From an uncultured Bacteroidota bacterium (GTDB lineage: Bacteria > Bacteroidota > Bacteroidia > Flavobacteriales > Flavobacteriaceae): DNA of 64,000 nt. Both the position numbers and the translations under genes were made by a program. Shown here piece after piece: positions 39,937-50,466 of this stretch. The notes under the pieces were generated by a model that saw only the letters and a program-made list of their open reading frames with translations, made no database searches and had not been told where the DNA came from. The stretch spans positions 14,155 to 78,154 of the forward strand of contig CACOGA010000006.1 in NCBI GenBank assembly GCA_902626585.1, given 5' to 3'. How positions within the stretch are numbered: position 1 is the first letter of the stretch; every line of letters starts with the position of its first letter.

Positions 39937-42270
39937 CTAAAAATCTATAGAGAAGCCAAAAGAGGGGATGACTGATTCTCTGTTAACATCAACTTCAACC
40001 AATGAAAAAGGTGAAATTATTTCACCAAAATTATCTCTTGCAAGCCCATACTCAGCGGGGGTAGGTATTTTTTGTGATAGAAGGTTTAGAATTTCAACGA
40101 ATAAATTTATAGATATCTTTTCTTTATTCCATTTTTTATCAAATCTTACGTCTAACTGAGAAAAGTTTCCAAGTTTCACTTCCCCTAGCTGAGAATAATC
40201 AAGTACCATGTTAGGATAGTTTGAAAGGCTAGAAACTAAATCATAGGGTACATAGGGAGTTTTTCCAGCAAATCGCCATCTTGAGCTTATTTCCCAGTTT
40301 TTTTTAAGCTTATATCCGCCACTAAAAGAAGATAAATGTCTACTGTCCCAAACAGAAGGAAGATAATTACCATTAATATCTGTGAATTCACTACTAAAGA
40401 AGGTATATGAGAAGATCCCGTAAAAATTTCTTGTTAACTTTTGCTGAAACAGAACTTCTATACCTTTAGTTTTTCCTTTTCCGTCTGTTATTACATTTTC
40501 ATTACCCAATACTTCAAAATCAGCACCTTTGTTTGCCAATGAAACTCCATCGACTACAGAAATAGGAAAATTATCATACTTTTTGATAAACCCTTCGATG
40601 GAAATTCTTGAGGCATTTCCTAAAGAGTATTCTAATCCAGTTACATAATGATTACTTTTTGTGTATTTAGCGCTTCTGTTAATAAAACTTCCAAAGAAAT
40701 CTTTGAAACCCAAAACAGTATATGTTGGTATTTTAAAATATGTTCCTAAACTTGAATTCCATTTTAATCTTCTGTCAAAACTTAGCGCATATGAAGTGGC
40801 AATTCGTGGTGAAATATTTTCAATTATTTTTGATCCTTCACTAAAATTATCTTCATCAGCTCTTATTCCTAAGGATAGGTCTAATTTAGAATCCATAAAA
40901 CTTTTAGAAATTCCTCCAAAAACTCCATACTTATAAAAATTAATTTTAGTAATATAATCTAGTTGGTTAAGAATATCTGAGGTATTGTTATAATAATCAG
41001 AATATTGAATATTTGCACCCCACGTAATTTTCCAATCATTTATGTAATTAATTGTTTTAGCTCTCAATTTTGTTTCCCATTCATGTGAATCATTTTTAAA
41101 ATAGAGCCCCTCCAAATTTTCATTATCGTAATATTTAGAGAATATATTTTTTAGTTTATTAGTGCTTAGTGCTAATATAAATTGACCTTTACTTTCTTTA
41201 AATTTTCTGATCCAAGAAACACCTAAAGTTGTTGAGTTCTGTTTTATAATCGGTACTTGTTCCAAAAAGGATTGTTGTGTAAAATCAAAATCCTCAGGAG
41301 CTTCAACAGAAAAATCATCTATGGCACCAAGACCTATGAAATTAATGGTATTGTATTCGTTGATTTTATGATTTATTTTTCCTTGAAAATCCCAGTAGTC
41401 GGGTCTTATCGGAAGACCTATCAGTTTGAATAAAAATTGCAGATAACTTTTTCTTGCTGAAAAAATAAATGTTGTCTTATCACTTGAAATTGGACCTTCA
41501 ATTGTAATTGCTGAATCGCTAGCTCCAAATCTAAAATTTCCGCTAATTTCTTTTGGATTACCATTTTTTTGATTGAATTGTAGGACACCACTAAGAGGAT
41601 TATCATATTCAACTCCAAAAGCCGAGGTACTTAAAGTTACTTCATCAATAAAAGAAATATTGATCATTCCTTGTGGGCCACCAGCACTTCCTTGAGTACT
41701 AAAATGGTTTATATTGGGTATTTCAATTTCATCCAAATAATAAACTGTTTCATTTGGCGCACCACCTCTAATAATGATATCGTTTCTGAATCCACCTACA
41801 GAGGGTGAAAGGCCCGGCATGCTTTGAACAACTTTTGTCACATCATTGTCTGCGCCTGGATAACTTTCAATTTCAACTCTTGAAAATGTATTTACAGAAA
41901 GAGGCGTTTCCTTAGATTTTTTAAAGGGACTTTCGAATAAGACAATTTCTTCCAGCTCTTGAGTAGATTCCAATAAGTATATTTCCAATGTTTGGTTTCC
42001 TTTACTTTTAATTATCACATTAAATATTTTCTTTGATTGATAACCCAGATAACTAATACTTAAATTGTAGGACTCTGGTTTGATATTTGAAATTTCAAAG
42101 AATCCATCTTCGTTGGAAATAGCACCTTTATCGGTTCCTTCTATAATAATGTTAGCACCTAAAAGGGGTAGCTGACTTTTTGAATCGAATATAAATCCAT
42201 TTAATTTACCATCAACCTGTGAATGCAAAATAAAGGGTAGTAAAAAAAAGATTAATTGAATATACTTCAC
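39937..42270 (-). CDS. TonB-dependent receptor-like outer membrane protein with CarboxypepD_reg domain
   Basis: 777 aa with a GTG start, GFIFDSKSQLPLLGANIIIEGT, plug-like IIRGGAPNETVYYLDEIEIPN, and C-terminal ...FGFSIDF. Confidence 0.8.
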   Translation of the reverse strand: MKYIQLIFFLLPFILHSQVDGKLNGFIFDSKSQLPLLGANIIIEGTDKGAISNEDGFFEISNIKPESYNLSISYLGYQSKKIFNVIIKSKGNQTLEIYLLESTQELEEIVLFESPFKKSKETPLSVNTFSRVEIESYPGADNDVTKVVQSMPGLSPSVGGFRNDIIIRGGAPNETVYYLDEIEIPNINHFSTQGSAGGPQGMINISFIDEVTLSTSAFGVEYDNPLSGVLQFNQKNGNPKEISGNFRFGASDSAITIEGPISSDKTTFIFSARKSYLQFLFKLIGLPIRPDYWDFQGKINHKINEYNTINFIGLGAIDDFSVEAPEDFDFTQQSFLEQVPIIKQNSTTLGVSWIRKFKESKGQFILALSTNKLKNIFSKYYDNENLEGLYFKNDSHEWETKLRAKTINYINDWKITWGANIQYSDYYNNTSDILNQLDYITKINFYKYGVFGGISKSFMDSKLDLSLGIRADEDNFSEGSKIIENISPRIATSYALSFDRRLKWNSSLGTYFKIPTYTVLGFKDFFGSFINRSAKYTKSNHYVTGLEYSLGNASRISIEGFIKKYDNFPISVVDGVSLANKGADFEVLGNENVITDGKGKTKGIEVLFQQKLTRNFYGIFSYTFFSSEFTDINGNYLPSVWDSRHLSSFSGGYKLKKNWEISSRWRFAGKTPYVPYDLVSSLSNYPNMVLDYSQLGEVKLGNFSQLDVRFDKKWNKEKISINLFVEILNLLSQKIPTPAEYGLARDNFGEIISPFSLVEVDVNRESVIPSFGFSIDF

Positions 42271-42317
42271 ACAAAAAAAACTACAAATTTTATTCCAATT
42301 GTTTTGAATATCAATTT

Positions 42318-43496
42318 TTAGAAAGCTGAGACTCCAGTAATATTTCGACCGGTTATTAAAGTGTGTATTTCGTCAGTTCCCTGATATGTTATTAATGTTT
42401 CAAGATTAATTAGGTGTCTCATAACAGGGTATTCAGCAGTTATACCCATACCCCCCAGAATTTGTCTTGCATTTCTAGCCACATTATATGCTACTGAAAC
42501 ATTGTTACGTTTTGCCATAGAAATTTGTTCAAAGGTAGCATCCCCATCGTCCATCATCAAACCAAGTTTCCAGTTTAGAAGTTGAGCTTTTGTTATTTCT
42601 GTAATCATATCAACTAACTTTTTTTGAATTAATTGGTTTGATGATATTTTTTTACCAAATTGAATTCTTTCATTAGAATATTTTAACGCCACATCATAAC
42701 ACTCCATGGCAATTCCAATTGAACCACACGCTACGGCATAGCGCGCAATGTTTAGACTGCTAAGTGCTGAATTTATACTATCAGATTCAAACAATAAATA
42801 TTTTTTATGAACCTTGCAGTTGTTAAAAATTAATTCTCCAGTTTCTGATGCTCTGAATGACCATTTTTTATCAATCTTGGCTGTGGAAAACCCAGGGTCA
42901 TCTCTGTGTACAATAAAACATGCATAATTATTATTATCATTAGATTTGGACCACACTAACGCGATATCACAAAAGGGTGCATTTCCAATCCACATTTTTG
43001 AGCCATTGATGATATAATGATCTCCGTCAATTTTATGTCTTGTTTGCATGGATGCAGGATCCGAGCCGTGACCAGGTTCGGAAAGTCCAAAACTACCGAT
43101 TAACTCACCTTTTGAAAGCTTTACAAGAAATTCGTCCTTATGAAATTCATTACCGTGTTCATAAATGTTATTCATTACCAGTGAAGTTTGAATCGAACAC
43201 ATAACCCTAATTGAAGAATCGCCTCTTTCAAGTTCTTGCATCATAAGTCCGTATGAAATTAAATCAAGTTCGGATCCTCCATATTTAGCTGGCAGTATTG
43301 CCCCAAAGCCTCCAATTTCAGCAATACCCTTAATTAATTCTTTAGGAAATACCCCTTTAAGATTACAATCTTCAATAACAGGCGAAACATATTCTTTTAC
43401 CCATTGTCTAGTAGCATCTCTAACTATAATTTGCTCTTCAGAAAAAAGTTTTTCAACCATGTAATAATCAGGTGATTCAAATTGATCTTTTCTCAT
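42318..43496 (-). CDS. acyl-CoA dehydrogenase (glutaryl-CoA dehydrogenase-like)
   Basis: 392 aa with GSFGLSEPGHGSDPASM and C-terminal YQGTDEIHTLITGRNITG. Confidence 0.8.
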   Translation of the reverse strand: MRKDQFESPDYYMVEKLFSEEQIIVRDATRQWVKEYVSPVIEDCNLKGVFPKELIKGIAEIGGFGAILPAKYGGSELDLISYGLMMQELERGDSSIRVMCSIQTSLVMNNIYEHGNEFHKDEFLVKLSKGELIGSFGLSEPGHGSDPASMQTRHKIDGDHYIINGSKMWIGNAPFCDIALVWSKSNDNNNYACFIVHRDDPGFSTAKIDKKWSFRASETGELIFNNCKVHKKYLLFESDSINSALSSLNIARYAVACGSIGIAMECYDVALKYSNERIQFGKKISSNQLIQKKLVDMITEITKAQLLNWKLGLMMDDGDATFEQISMAKRNNVSVAYNVARNARQILGGMGITAEYPVMRHLINLETLITYQGTDEIHTLITGRNITGVSAF

Positions 43497-43573
43497 AGGT
43501 TTTTTTTTATAAATTTAATTATTTATACTGTTTCTAAATAGTATTTTTACAAAGAATTACAATTAAAATTATC

Positions 43574-44137
43574 ATGAGTGTTTCAGAATCAATTAAAAAA
43601 AGAAGAGCAATTTATCCAAGCCAATATAAAGAAGAAGATATTTCTGAAAATGATATAAAAGAAATCCTAGAAAATGCAAATTATGCCCCTTCGCACAGAC
43701 TTACTCAACCATGGTTTTTTAAGGTTTATCAAAACGAATTCAAAATTGAATTAGCTAATTCAATGGTCAAGCATTATAAGCTCTCAAGTAGCTTAAAAAA
43801 CATTGGAATAAAAGAAAAAAAAATAATTGATAAGTGTACTCAGTCCAGCTGTATAATAGCTATTTTCATGAATAGAGATTTGGCTGAGTCAGTTCCTGAG
43901 TGGGAAGAGATTGCATCTATCGCAATGGCTGTTCAAAATATGTGGCTTACTTGTGTTGAAAAAAATATTGGTTGTTATTGGAGTACTCCAGGGTACATTA
44001 AAAGTATGAGTAATTATTTCAACTTGAAGCAAAATCAAAAATGTTTAGGCTTTTTTTATATGGGAAGTTTTAATCATGATGAAAAAATCCCAACGGTAAG
44101 AAATGAAATTTTAGGTAAAACGGAATGGTTTAAATAA
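43574..44137 (+). CDS. nitroreductase-family protein
   Basis: 187 aa with KKRRAIYPSQY and ANYAPSHRLTQPW typical of the NAD(P)H nitroreductase fold. Confidence 0.8.
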   Translation: MSVSESIKKRRAIYPSQYKEEDISENDIKEILENANYAPSHRLTQPWFFKVYQNEFKIELANSMVKHYKLSSSLKNIGIKEKKIIDKCTQSSCIIAIFMNRDLAESVPEWEEIASIAMAVQNMWLTCVEKNIGCYWSTPGYIKSMSNYFNLKQNQKCLGFFYMGSFNHDEKIPTVRNEILGKTEWFK

Positions 44138-44143
44138 AATAAA

Positions 44144-45397
44144 TCAAAGTGCGGAGGTATACTCCATTAACCAAGTACATATCATTGCTCCGTAAGTTCC
44201 AACTACATATCCAAATACTGCTAATAATACCCCGACTGTAGCAAGTGATGGATGAAAAGCAGCAGCCACAACAGGTGCTGAAGCTGCACCACCCACATTA
44301 GCTTGACTTCCAACGGCCAAGAAAAAGTATGGTGCTCTTATTAACTTGGCAACTATGATTAATAGTATCGCATGAATTGACATCCAAATTAAACCAATAA
44401 GAATAAGTTTTGGTTCTTCAAGTATAGATCCTAAATCCATTTTCATGCCTATCGTTGCAACAAGTACATATATAAAGATACTTCCAATTTTGCTTGCTCC
44501 AACTCCTTCGAAATTTTTGGCTTTTGTAAATGATAAACCTATACCAATAAATGTAGCAATTGAAATCATCCAAAAGAATTTAGAGGCAAAAGACGAAAGT
44601 CCTGAGCTTTTGTCAGCTACACTTTCAAAGTTAGATGTGAGAAATTCAGAAATATATTCAGCACCTAGGTGGGATAATCCAACAGTACCAAATGCGATTG
44701 CTAATAAAACCATATAGTCACTAAGGTTTGGAATTCTACTAGTACTGTTTGAGAATAATGTAACCTTTTCTTTTAATTCTTCAATTGCAGATGTATCAGC
44801 TTTAAGCCATTTATTTATTGATTTTTTCTTTCCAATTCCAAATAGAATAATTGCCATCCAGATGTTGGCAACAACTATATCAACCAGTACCATTCCACCA
44901 TATTTCTGAGGATTATATTCAAATATTTCAAGCATTGCTGCTTGATTTGCACCTCCTCCAATCCAACTCCCTGCTAGTGTGGATAACCCCCTCCAAATAG
45001 CATCGGGACCAGCACCATTGAATAATTCTGGGAAAAACATTGACAAAATTAAAATTGATATTGGCCCGCCTATTATTATACCAATAGTTCCGGTGAAAAA
45101 CATTACCAATGCTTTATAACCCAGGTTATATATAGCCTTTAAATCTATGCTTAATGTCATTAGTAAAAGGGCAGCTGGAAGTAAGTATCTACTAGCTATA
45201 TAATAAGTTTGTGATTCTCCAGACGAAATTATTCCCAGTGAATTAAATATTGCTGGAATAAAATAACACATTAATAATCCTGGAATTACTTTATAGAATT
45301 TATACCAAAAACCTTCTTTTATTGACTCCGTATAAAAAACAAAACCCAAGGAAATCATCAAAATACCAAATACTATTGCGTCATTTGTGAAGGGCAT
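44144..45397 (-). CDS. DUF819-family polytopic membrane protein
   Basis: 417 aa with about 12 TM helices. The N-terminus resembles DUF819 members. Confidence 0.55.
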   Translation of the reverse strand: MPFTNDAIVFGILMISLGFVFYTESIKEGFWYKFYKVIPGLLMCYFIPAIFNSLGIISSGESQTYYIASRYLLPAALLLMTLSIDLKAIYNLGYKALVMFFTGTIGIIIGGPISILILSMFFPELFNGAGPDAIWRGLSTLAGSWIGGGANQAAMLEIFEYNPQKYGGMVLVDIVVANIWMAIILFGIGKKKSINKWLKADTSAIEELKEKVTLFSNSTSRIPNLSDYMVLLAIAFGTVGLSHLGAEYISEFLTSNFESVADKSSGLSSFASKFFWMISIATFIGIGLSFTKAKNFEGVGASKIGSIFIYVLVATIGMKMDLGSILEEPKLILIGLIWMSIHAILLIIVAKLIRAPYFFLAVGSQANVGGAASAPVVAAAFHPSLATVGVLLAVFGYVVGTYGAMICTWLMEYTSAL

Positions 45398-45458
45398 AAT
45401 TAATCAATTTTACACTATTTATTATATTTATAAAAGTAACAAAATTTAAAAGGATTCA

Positions 45459-46907
45459 GTGATTAGAAATTTATTTATACTCATTATTTTTTTCTTATTA
45501 GCAAAGAAAATTAACGGTCAATCATTGAATGTTCAAATAATTGATTCTGCAACTACACAACCAATTCCATACACTAATATTTATTTTTCGAATAATAATG
45601 GTTTAATTTCTGACGACAATGGAAATTTTGAATTGATTAAATCTCAATTATCTCAAAATGACTCAATGTATATTTCAATGCTGGGATACAAAAAAAGTTC
45701 CTTTTTGATTAAGGATTTTAATGATACGATTATACAGTTGATTCAAACACCAATAAAATTATCTGATGTTTTTTTAACAAATAAAAAATTAAATTCAGAG
45801 GAAATTATTTCTAAAGTAGTAGAAAATATTAACAAGAATTACGAAAAAGAATTCACTAAAAATAAGATTTATTTAAGTAGAAAATCTAACATAACCACTG
45901 AAAAATTTATTATCAATAAGTTCAAGTCATCAGTCCCTGAAATAAATAAAACTTTAATTGACAGCCTACTTGCTAACCTTGCCAAAGAAAACAATTCAGG
46001 ACTTGAAACATTAGCTTACTATTATAGAAGCTTTGATGATGAGTTTAAGAAGAAGATTAAAATAATTAAGTCTAGAGAGACATATAATAATGAGGGTGAA
46101 GTACTAGAGTCGATAAATAAAAAAATGGAGGAGGCTTTTAAAAAAGAACTAAAACCTGATTCTTACTTTAAGATTAAATCTGGAATATTTGGTGGTGACT
46201 TAGAGATTGAGGGATTAGAAGAAGTGGATAGTACTAATGTTGAATCATTAAAAAAATTTGAAGAAAAAGAAATAAAAGAAAAAGATGATTTTGCTCAAGG
46301 CCAAATATGGGTAATAAATAGAATTTATAATTTCCTTTTTTTTGAAAAGGGAACTGCTATGGATTTTATATTAAAACCAAATAAGTATAATTTTTCCGTT
46401 CCAAATTTTAATTTACTTGGAGATGATTTAGTTTATCAAATTGAAGCTACACCAAAAGGACGATATAAATACTCAGCAACCTTATACATAAATCCTAATG
46501 ATTTTGCATTGGTAAGAATAGATTTTAGAAATATTAAAACCGTATATAAAATAAAACTATTGGGGGTTTTTGTAGATATTTACCTGCGTGAGGGAAAGAT
46601 GATTTTATCAAAATTTGACAATGAGAAATATGGTTTATCCTTTGCAAAAATCAACTTTGGACAAAGAACAGGATTTGACAGACCAATAAAGTTGATTGAA
46701 AAAAATAAAAATGTAAAAGGCAGAAGGAAACAAAATGAAATTTCATTCAGGATGGATTTAATAACAGATGTAAAAACTACAACAGAATTACAAGTTTTCG
46801 ATTCTAAAAAGATAACCAAAGAAATGTTTGAAAAAGTTGACAGTAAGAATGATATTATGCCAGAGTATTTAGATGAATTTACGACAAACTTCTGGGAAGA
46901 ATTTTAA
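45459..46907 (+). CDS. secreted protein with CarboxypepD_reg-like N-terminal domain, remainder unknown
   Basis: 482 aa with a GTG start and signal peptide. LNVQIIDSATTQPIPYTNIYFSNNNGLISDDNGNFEL resembles the regulatory domain. No plug or barrel motifs. Confidence 0.55.
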   Translation: MIRNLFILIIFFLLAKKINGQSLNVQIIDSATTQPIPYTNIYFSNNNGLISDDNGNFELIKSQLSQNDSMYISMLGYKKSSFLIKDFNDTIIQLIQTPIKLSDVFLTNKKLNSEEIISKVVENINKNYEKEFTKNKIYLSRKSNITTEKFIINKFKSSVPEINKTLIDSLLANLAKENNSGLETLAYYYRSFDDEFKKKIKIIKSRETYNNEGEVLESINKKMEEAFKKELKPDSYFKIKSGIFGGDLEIEGLEEVDSTNVESLKKFEEKEIKEKDDFAQGQIWVINRIYNFLFFEKGTAMDFILKPNKYNFSVPNFNLLGDDLVYQIEATPKGRYKYSATLYINPNDFALVRIDFRNIKTVYKIKLLGVFVDIYLREGKMILSKFDNEKYGLSFAKINFGQRTGFDRPIKLIEKNKNVKGRRKQNEISFRMDLITDVKTTTELQVFDSKKITKEMFEKVDSKNDIMPEYLDEFTTNFWEEF

Positions 46908-48755
46908 CTACTCTACAGTTACAGACTTAGCTAAATTCCTTGGCTGATCAACATCTTTTCCAAGCATAACCGCAATATGATATGACAGTAACTGTAAAGG
47001 AATCACAGTGATAAATGGGGTAATAGACTCAATGCTATCTGGAACTTCAATGATATAATCAGCAATTTTCTTGACCTCAACATCTCCTTTTGAAACCACT
47101 GCAATAATTTTTCCTTTTCTGGATTTTATTTCCTGAATATTACTGACAACTTTATCATAATTAATTTTATTTGTTGCTATAACTACTGTCGGCATATCCT
47201 TATCTATTAACGCAATTGGACCATGCTTCATTTCAGCGGCTGGATAACCTTCAGCATGTATGTATGAAATTTCCTTTAATTTAAGTGCACCCTCAAGGGC
47301 AATGGGGAAATTATAACCCCTTCCTAGATAAAGGCAATTTTTTGAGGATAGAAACTTTTTTGCAATCTTTTTAATTTCATTATTAGACGAAAGTGCTTGG
47401 TGAACTTTTTTATCAATATTAGAAATCTCAAGTAAATATTTTTGAAATAATTTTTCAGAAATTATCCCTTTAGACTTACTGAGTTTTACAGCCATCATGT
47501 ACAATACAGTCATTTGCGTTGTAAATGCTTTAGTTGAGGCTACACCAATTTCTGGTCCAGCATGTGTATATGAGCCTGAGTCAGATTCTCTTGCTATTGA
47601 TGAACCGACTACATTACAGATACCATAAATGAACGCTCCTTTAGATTTAGCTAGCTTAATAGCAGCCAATGTGTCAGCAGTTTCACCTGATTGAGAAATT
47701 GCAATTATTATATCATCTTTTTCAATTACTGGGTCTCTGTATCTAAATTCAGATGCATACTCAACCTCAACTGAAATTCTTGCAATCTTTTCAAACATGT
47801 ACTCGGCAACCAATGCCGAATGCCAAGAAGTTCCACAAGCTATAATAGTAATTTTTTTTGCTGAAAGAAATTTATTAATGTAATCATCCATACCAGACAT
47901 TTTGATAATTCCTTTTGTTACATTTAACCTCCCTCTTAAGGTATCTTTAATTGCTTTAGGTTGCTCATAAATCTCCTTTAACATATAATGATCAAAACCT
48001 TGTTTTTCTATTTTATCAAGACTCAATTCAAGTTTGCTAATGATAGGTGATATTGATGAGTCATCAGAAATTTTTCTGAAAAAAGTGTCTTTGTGATTTC
48101 TTATAACGGCAAGTTCACCATCTTCAAGATAGACCACATCTTTTGTGAATTCTATAAAAGGGGTAACATCACTACCGATAAAATGTTCATTTTCTCCAAT
48201 ACCTATACAAAGTGGACTGCCTAGTTTTGCAACAACAATTTCGTCTGGTTTATCATTATTAATAACAGCAATAGCATATGCGCCAACTACTTGATTTAAA
48301 GAAATTTGAACTGCTTCGCCTAGCTTTACATTATGTTTTTCCTTGATAAATTCTATTAAATTAACAAGCACCTCAGTATCTGTCTCAGATTGAAATGTAA
48401 AACCTTCTTTGATCAACTTTTGTTTAATAGTTGAGTAATTTTCAATGATTCCATTATGAACAAGACACAATTTTTTAGAGTTTGAAAATTGGGGATGAGC
48501 ATTTATATCATTAGGCTCACCATGAGTAGCCCATCTTGTGTGACCAATACCTAGTCCACCGTAGATATTTTTTCTTTTTTCAAGTTGTTTTTCTAGCTTG
48601 CTAATTTTTCCTTTTGACTTACAGGAAGCTATAGTTGTGCCATTATGTACAGCGACTCCAGAACTGTCATACCCCCTGTATTCAAGTCTTTTCAATCCTT
48701 TTAGGATGATTGGCAATGAATCTCTTTCCCCTAAATATCCAACAATTCCGCACAT
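46908..48755 (-). CDS. glmS: glutamine--fructose-6-phosphate aminotransferase
   Basis: 615 aa with an MCGIVGY N-terminal nucleophile, two SIS domains, and C-terminal ...LAKSVTVE. Confidence 0.97.
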   Translation of the reverse strand: MCGIVGYLGERDSLPIILKGLKRLEYRGYDSSGVAVHNGTTIASCKSKGKISKLEKQLEKRKNIYGGLGIGHTRWATHGEPNDINAHPQFSNSKKLCLVHNGIIENYSTIKQKLIKEGFTFQSETDTEVLVNLIEFIKEKHNVKLGEAVQISLNQVVGAYAIAVINNDKPDEIVVAKLGSPLCIGIGENEHFIGSDVTPFIEFTKDVVYLEDGELAVIRNHKDTFFRKISDDSSISPIISKLELSLDKIEKQGFDHYMLKEIYEQPKAIKDTLRGRLNVTKGIIKMSGMDDYINKFLSAKKITIIACGTSWHSALVAEYMFEKIARISVEVEYASEFRYRDPVIEKDDIIIAISQSGETADTLAAIKLAKSKGAFIYGICNVVGSSIARESDSGSYTHAGPEIGVASTKAFTTQMTVLYMMAVKLSKSKGIISEKLFQKYLLEISNIDKKVHQALSSNNEIKKIAKKFLSSKNCLYLGRGYNFPIALEGALKLKEISYIHAEGYPAAEMKHGPIALIDKDMPTVVIATNKINYDKVVSNIQEIKSRKGKIIAVVSKGDVEVKKIADYIIEVPDSIESITPFITVIPLQLLSYHIAVMLGKDVDQPRNLAKSVTVE

Positions 48756-48825
48756 ACTGTTTTAAATTTATAAAATTTGCTTTTTTAGCTTTGAAAAAAC
48801 TGTATATAATATAATATCCAATACT

Positions 48826-50463
48826 TTAATCCTCAGGTTCTGTATAATATATTTTAATTTTAGGCCTTTTATCAACTTCTGGGCTTAGGTTACCGTGTAG
48901 TATAGTGCCTTTAGGACTTAAAATAACCCCAGAAGCTAATCTTTTGTCTTCAGTTTCTGAATCGTTAAGGATTTTATAGTTTTGAACGGATGCAACATCA
49001 GAAATTACACCTAATGCAAGTTTTGCGTTAGTAGAGTCCCTTAATATCAAATTATTGAGATGTTCGGTAATTCTAATCTTGTATTTAATTCCTTTATCAT
49101 CATCAAGACTATCTCTCACTAAGGGTTCAAGATGATTAATTTTAGCGTTGATTGTTAAAGAGCTTACAGATTGATCTAAAAAATAATCAATCAAAGCCGT
49201 ATTTTGTTCATAATTATATATATAAATTCTCTCAGGCTCATCATCATTGGAAAAATTTTGATTTACAAAGAATTCTATATAAGCTTCATTTACAATTCTA
49301 ATCGGCTCGTCTGAAACTTCATCATAGAAAAACTGTTTAAAATGATCAAATTCACTGATTTCTTCTCCGCTATCGTCTGTAATGAATCCTGAAAATAAAT
49401 CAAGGGTTGAAATAATCCCTTCACCGCCTTTCAAATATATATTTTCGTTTCCAATACTTTGATCAATTAGTCCCACATCAATAGGGTTTTCATTATCAAA
49501 TAAGTTAATAAGGTTGCCAGAAAAATTCATTACATACTCATGTTGATTGGTTTCAATATCATCAACTGAACCTGTATCACTATCGCCAATATTTGTATTG
49601 TCAGAAGTATAGTGAATTGTAAGTTTTGTATTTGATGAAGCAAAGTTTAATAGCATTATGGAACCTTCAGAGTTACTTTCAATTTTTATGAAAAGACCAC
49701 GAAAAAATTCTTTAAAGTTTGGCTCATTAGTTAGAACTTGATTCCCCTCATTTTCAAAGAAATTTGTTTCCCAAAAGTTATCGTTTGGATTATTTAGTTT
49801 AAACCTTAAAGCTGGGGCAAGCCTTTGTGAAACGTAGGTATTTCCAGATGTATCAATTTGTGTTAAATTAATTTGATTAGCACTTGGGGTAAAATCATCA
49901 ATTTCAAATAGTAATTCTCCCTCAAGTTGTGCGACATCTATGATTTCCTCAACAGACAATGAACCATTGGAATAGTAACTTTGCGACGTATCAAAATTTG
50001 AGAAAGGATCAAAGGTTCTGAAAAAGAAATTATTTCTGTAAACTGAAATTTTAATTGGTTCATTTCCGTATACAGAATCAATTTCATAGGTAATATCTCC
50101 TTCTTCACTGGTATCAATACCTCGAGAAAAGTATGGGATCGTCAAAACCACTGAGTCTAAAACTACATTATCTCCAAAATCGTGGTTATATTCTGAAGGA
50201 ACCATTTGACCAACAAAACTAGAGTTTGATCTACCAAATTGAGGATGATTGTAACTGCCAAGAAGAAATGAAGGTAAATTATTAGTTTGAACTGGATTGA
50301 CCATTTCTGATTTTGTGGTCAAATTATACTCAAGACTGTTAGTTGAAAAGTTAATTGCATTATCCGAATTAATTACCTCTGAATCAAAACTTGCAAAGTC
50401 TTTTTCACATGAAAACACAGCAATAAGAAGTATTATTAAAATATTAATATGTGGCGATTTCAT
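48826..50463 (-). CDS. DUF4270-like lipoprotein
   Basis: 545 aa with lipobox AVFSC. Conserved position between the glgA-like gene and glmS in Bacteroidota. Confidence 0.55.
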   Translation of the reverse strand: MKSPHINILIILLIAVFSCEKDFASFDSEVINSDNAINFSTNSLEYNLTTKSEMVNPVQTNNLPSFLLGSYNHPQFGRSNSSFVGQMVPSEYNHDFGDNVVLDSVVLTIPYFSRGIDTSEEGDITYEIDSVYGNEPIKISVYRNNFFFRTFDPFSNFDTSQSYYSNGSLSVEEIIDVAQLEGELLFEIDDFTPSANQINLTQIDTSGNTYVSQRLAPALRFKLNNPNDNFWETNFFENEGNQVLTNEPNFKEFFRGLFIKIESNSEGSIMLLNFASSNTKLTIHYTSDNTNIGDSDTGSVDDIETNQHEYVMNFSGNLINLFDNENPIDVGLIDQSIGNENIYLKGGEGIISTLDLFSGFITDDSGEEISEFDHFKQFFYDEVSDEPIRIVNEAYIEFFVNQNFSNDDEPERIYIYNYEQNTALIDYFLDQSVSSLTINAKINHLEPLVRDSLDDDKGIKYKIRITEHLNNLILRDSTNAKLALGVISDVASVQNYKILNDSETEDKRLASGVILSPKGTILHGNLSPEVDKRPKIKIYYTEPED

Positions 50464-50466
50464 GTT

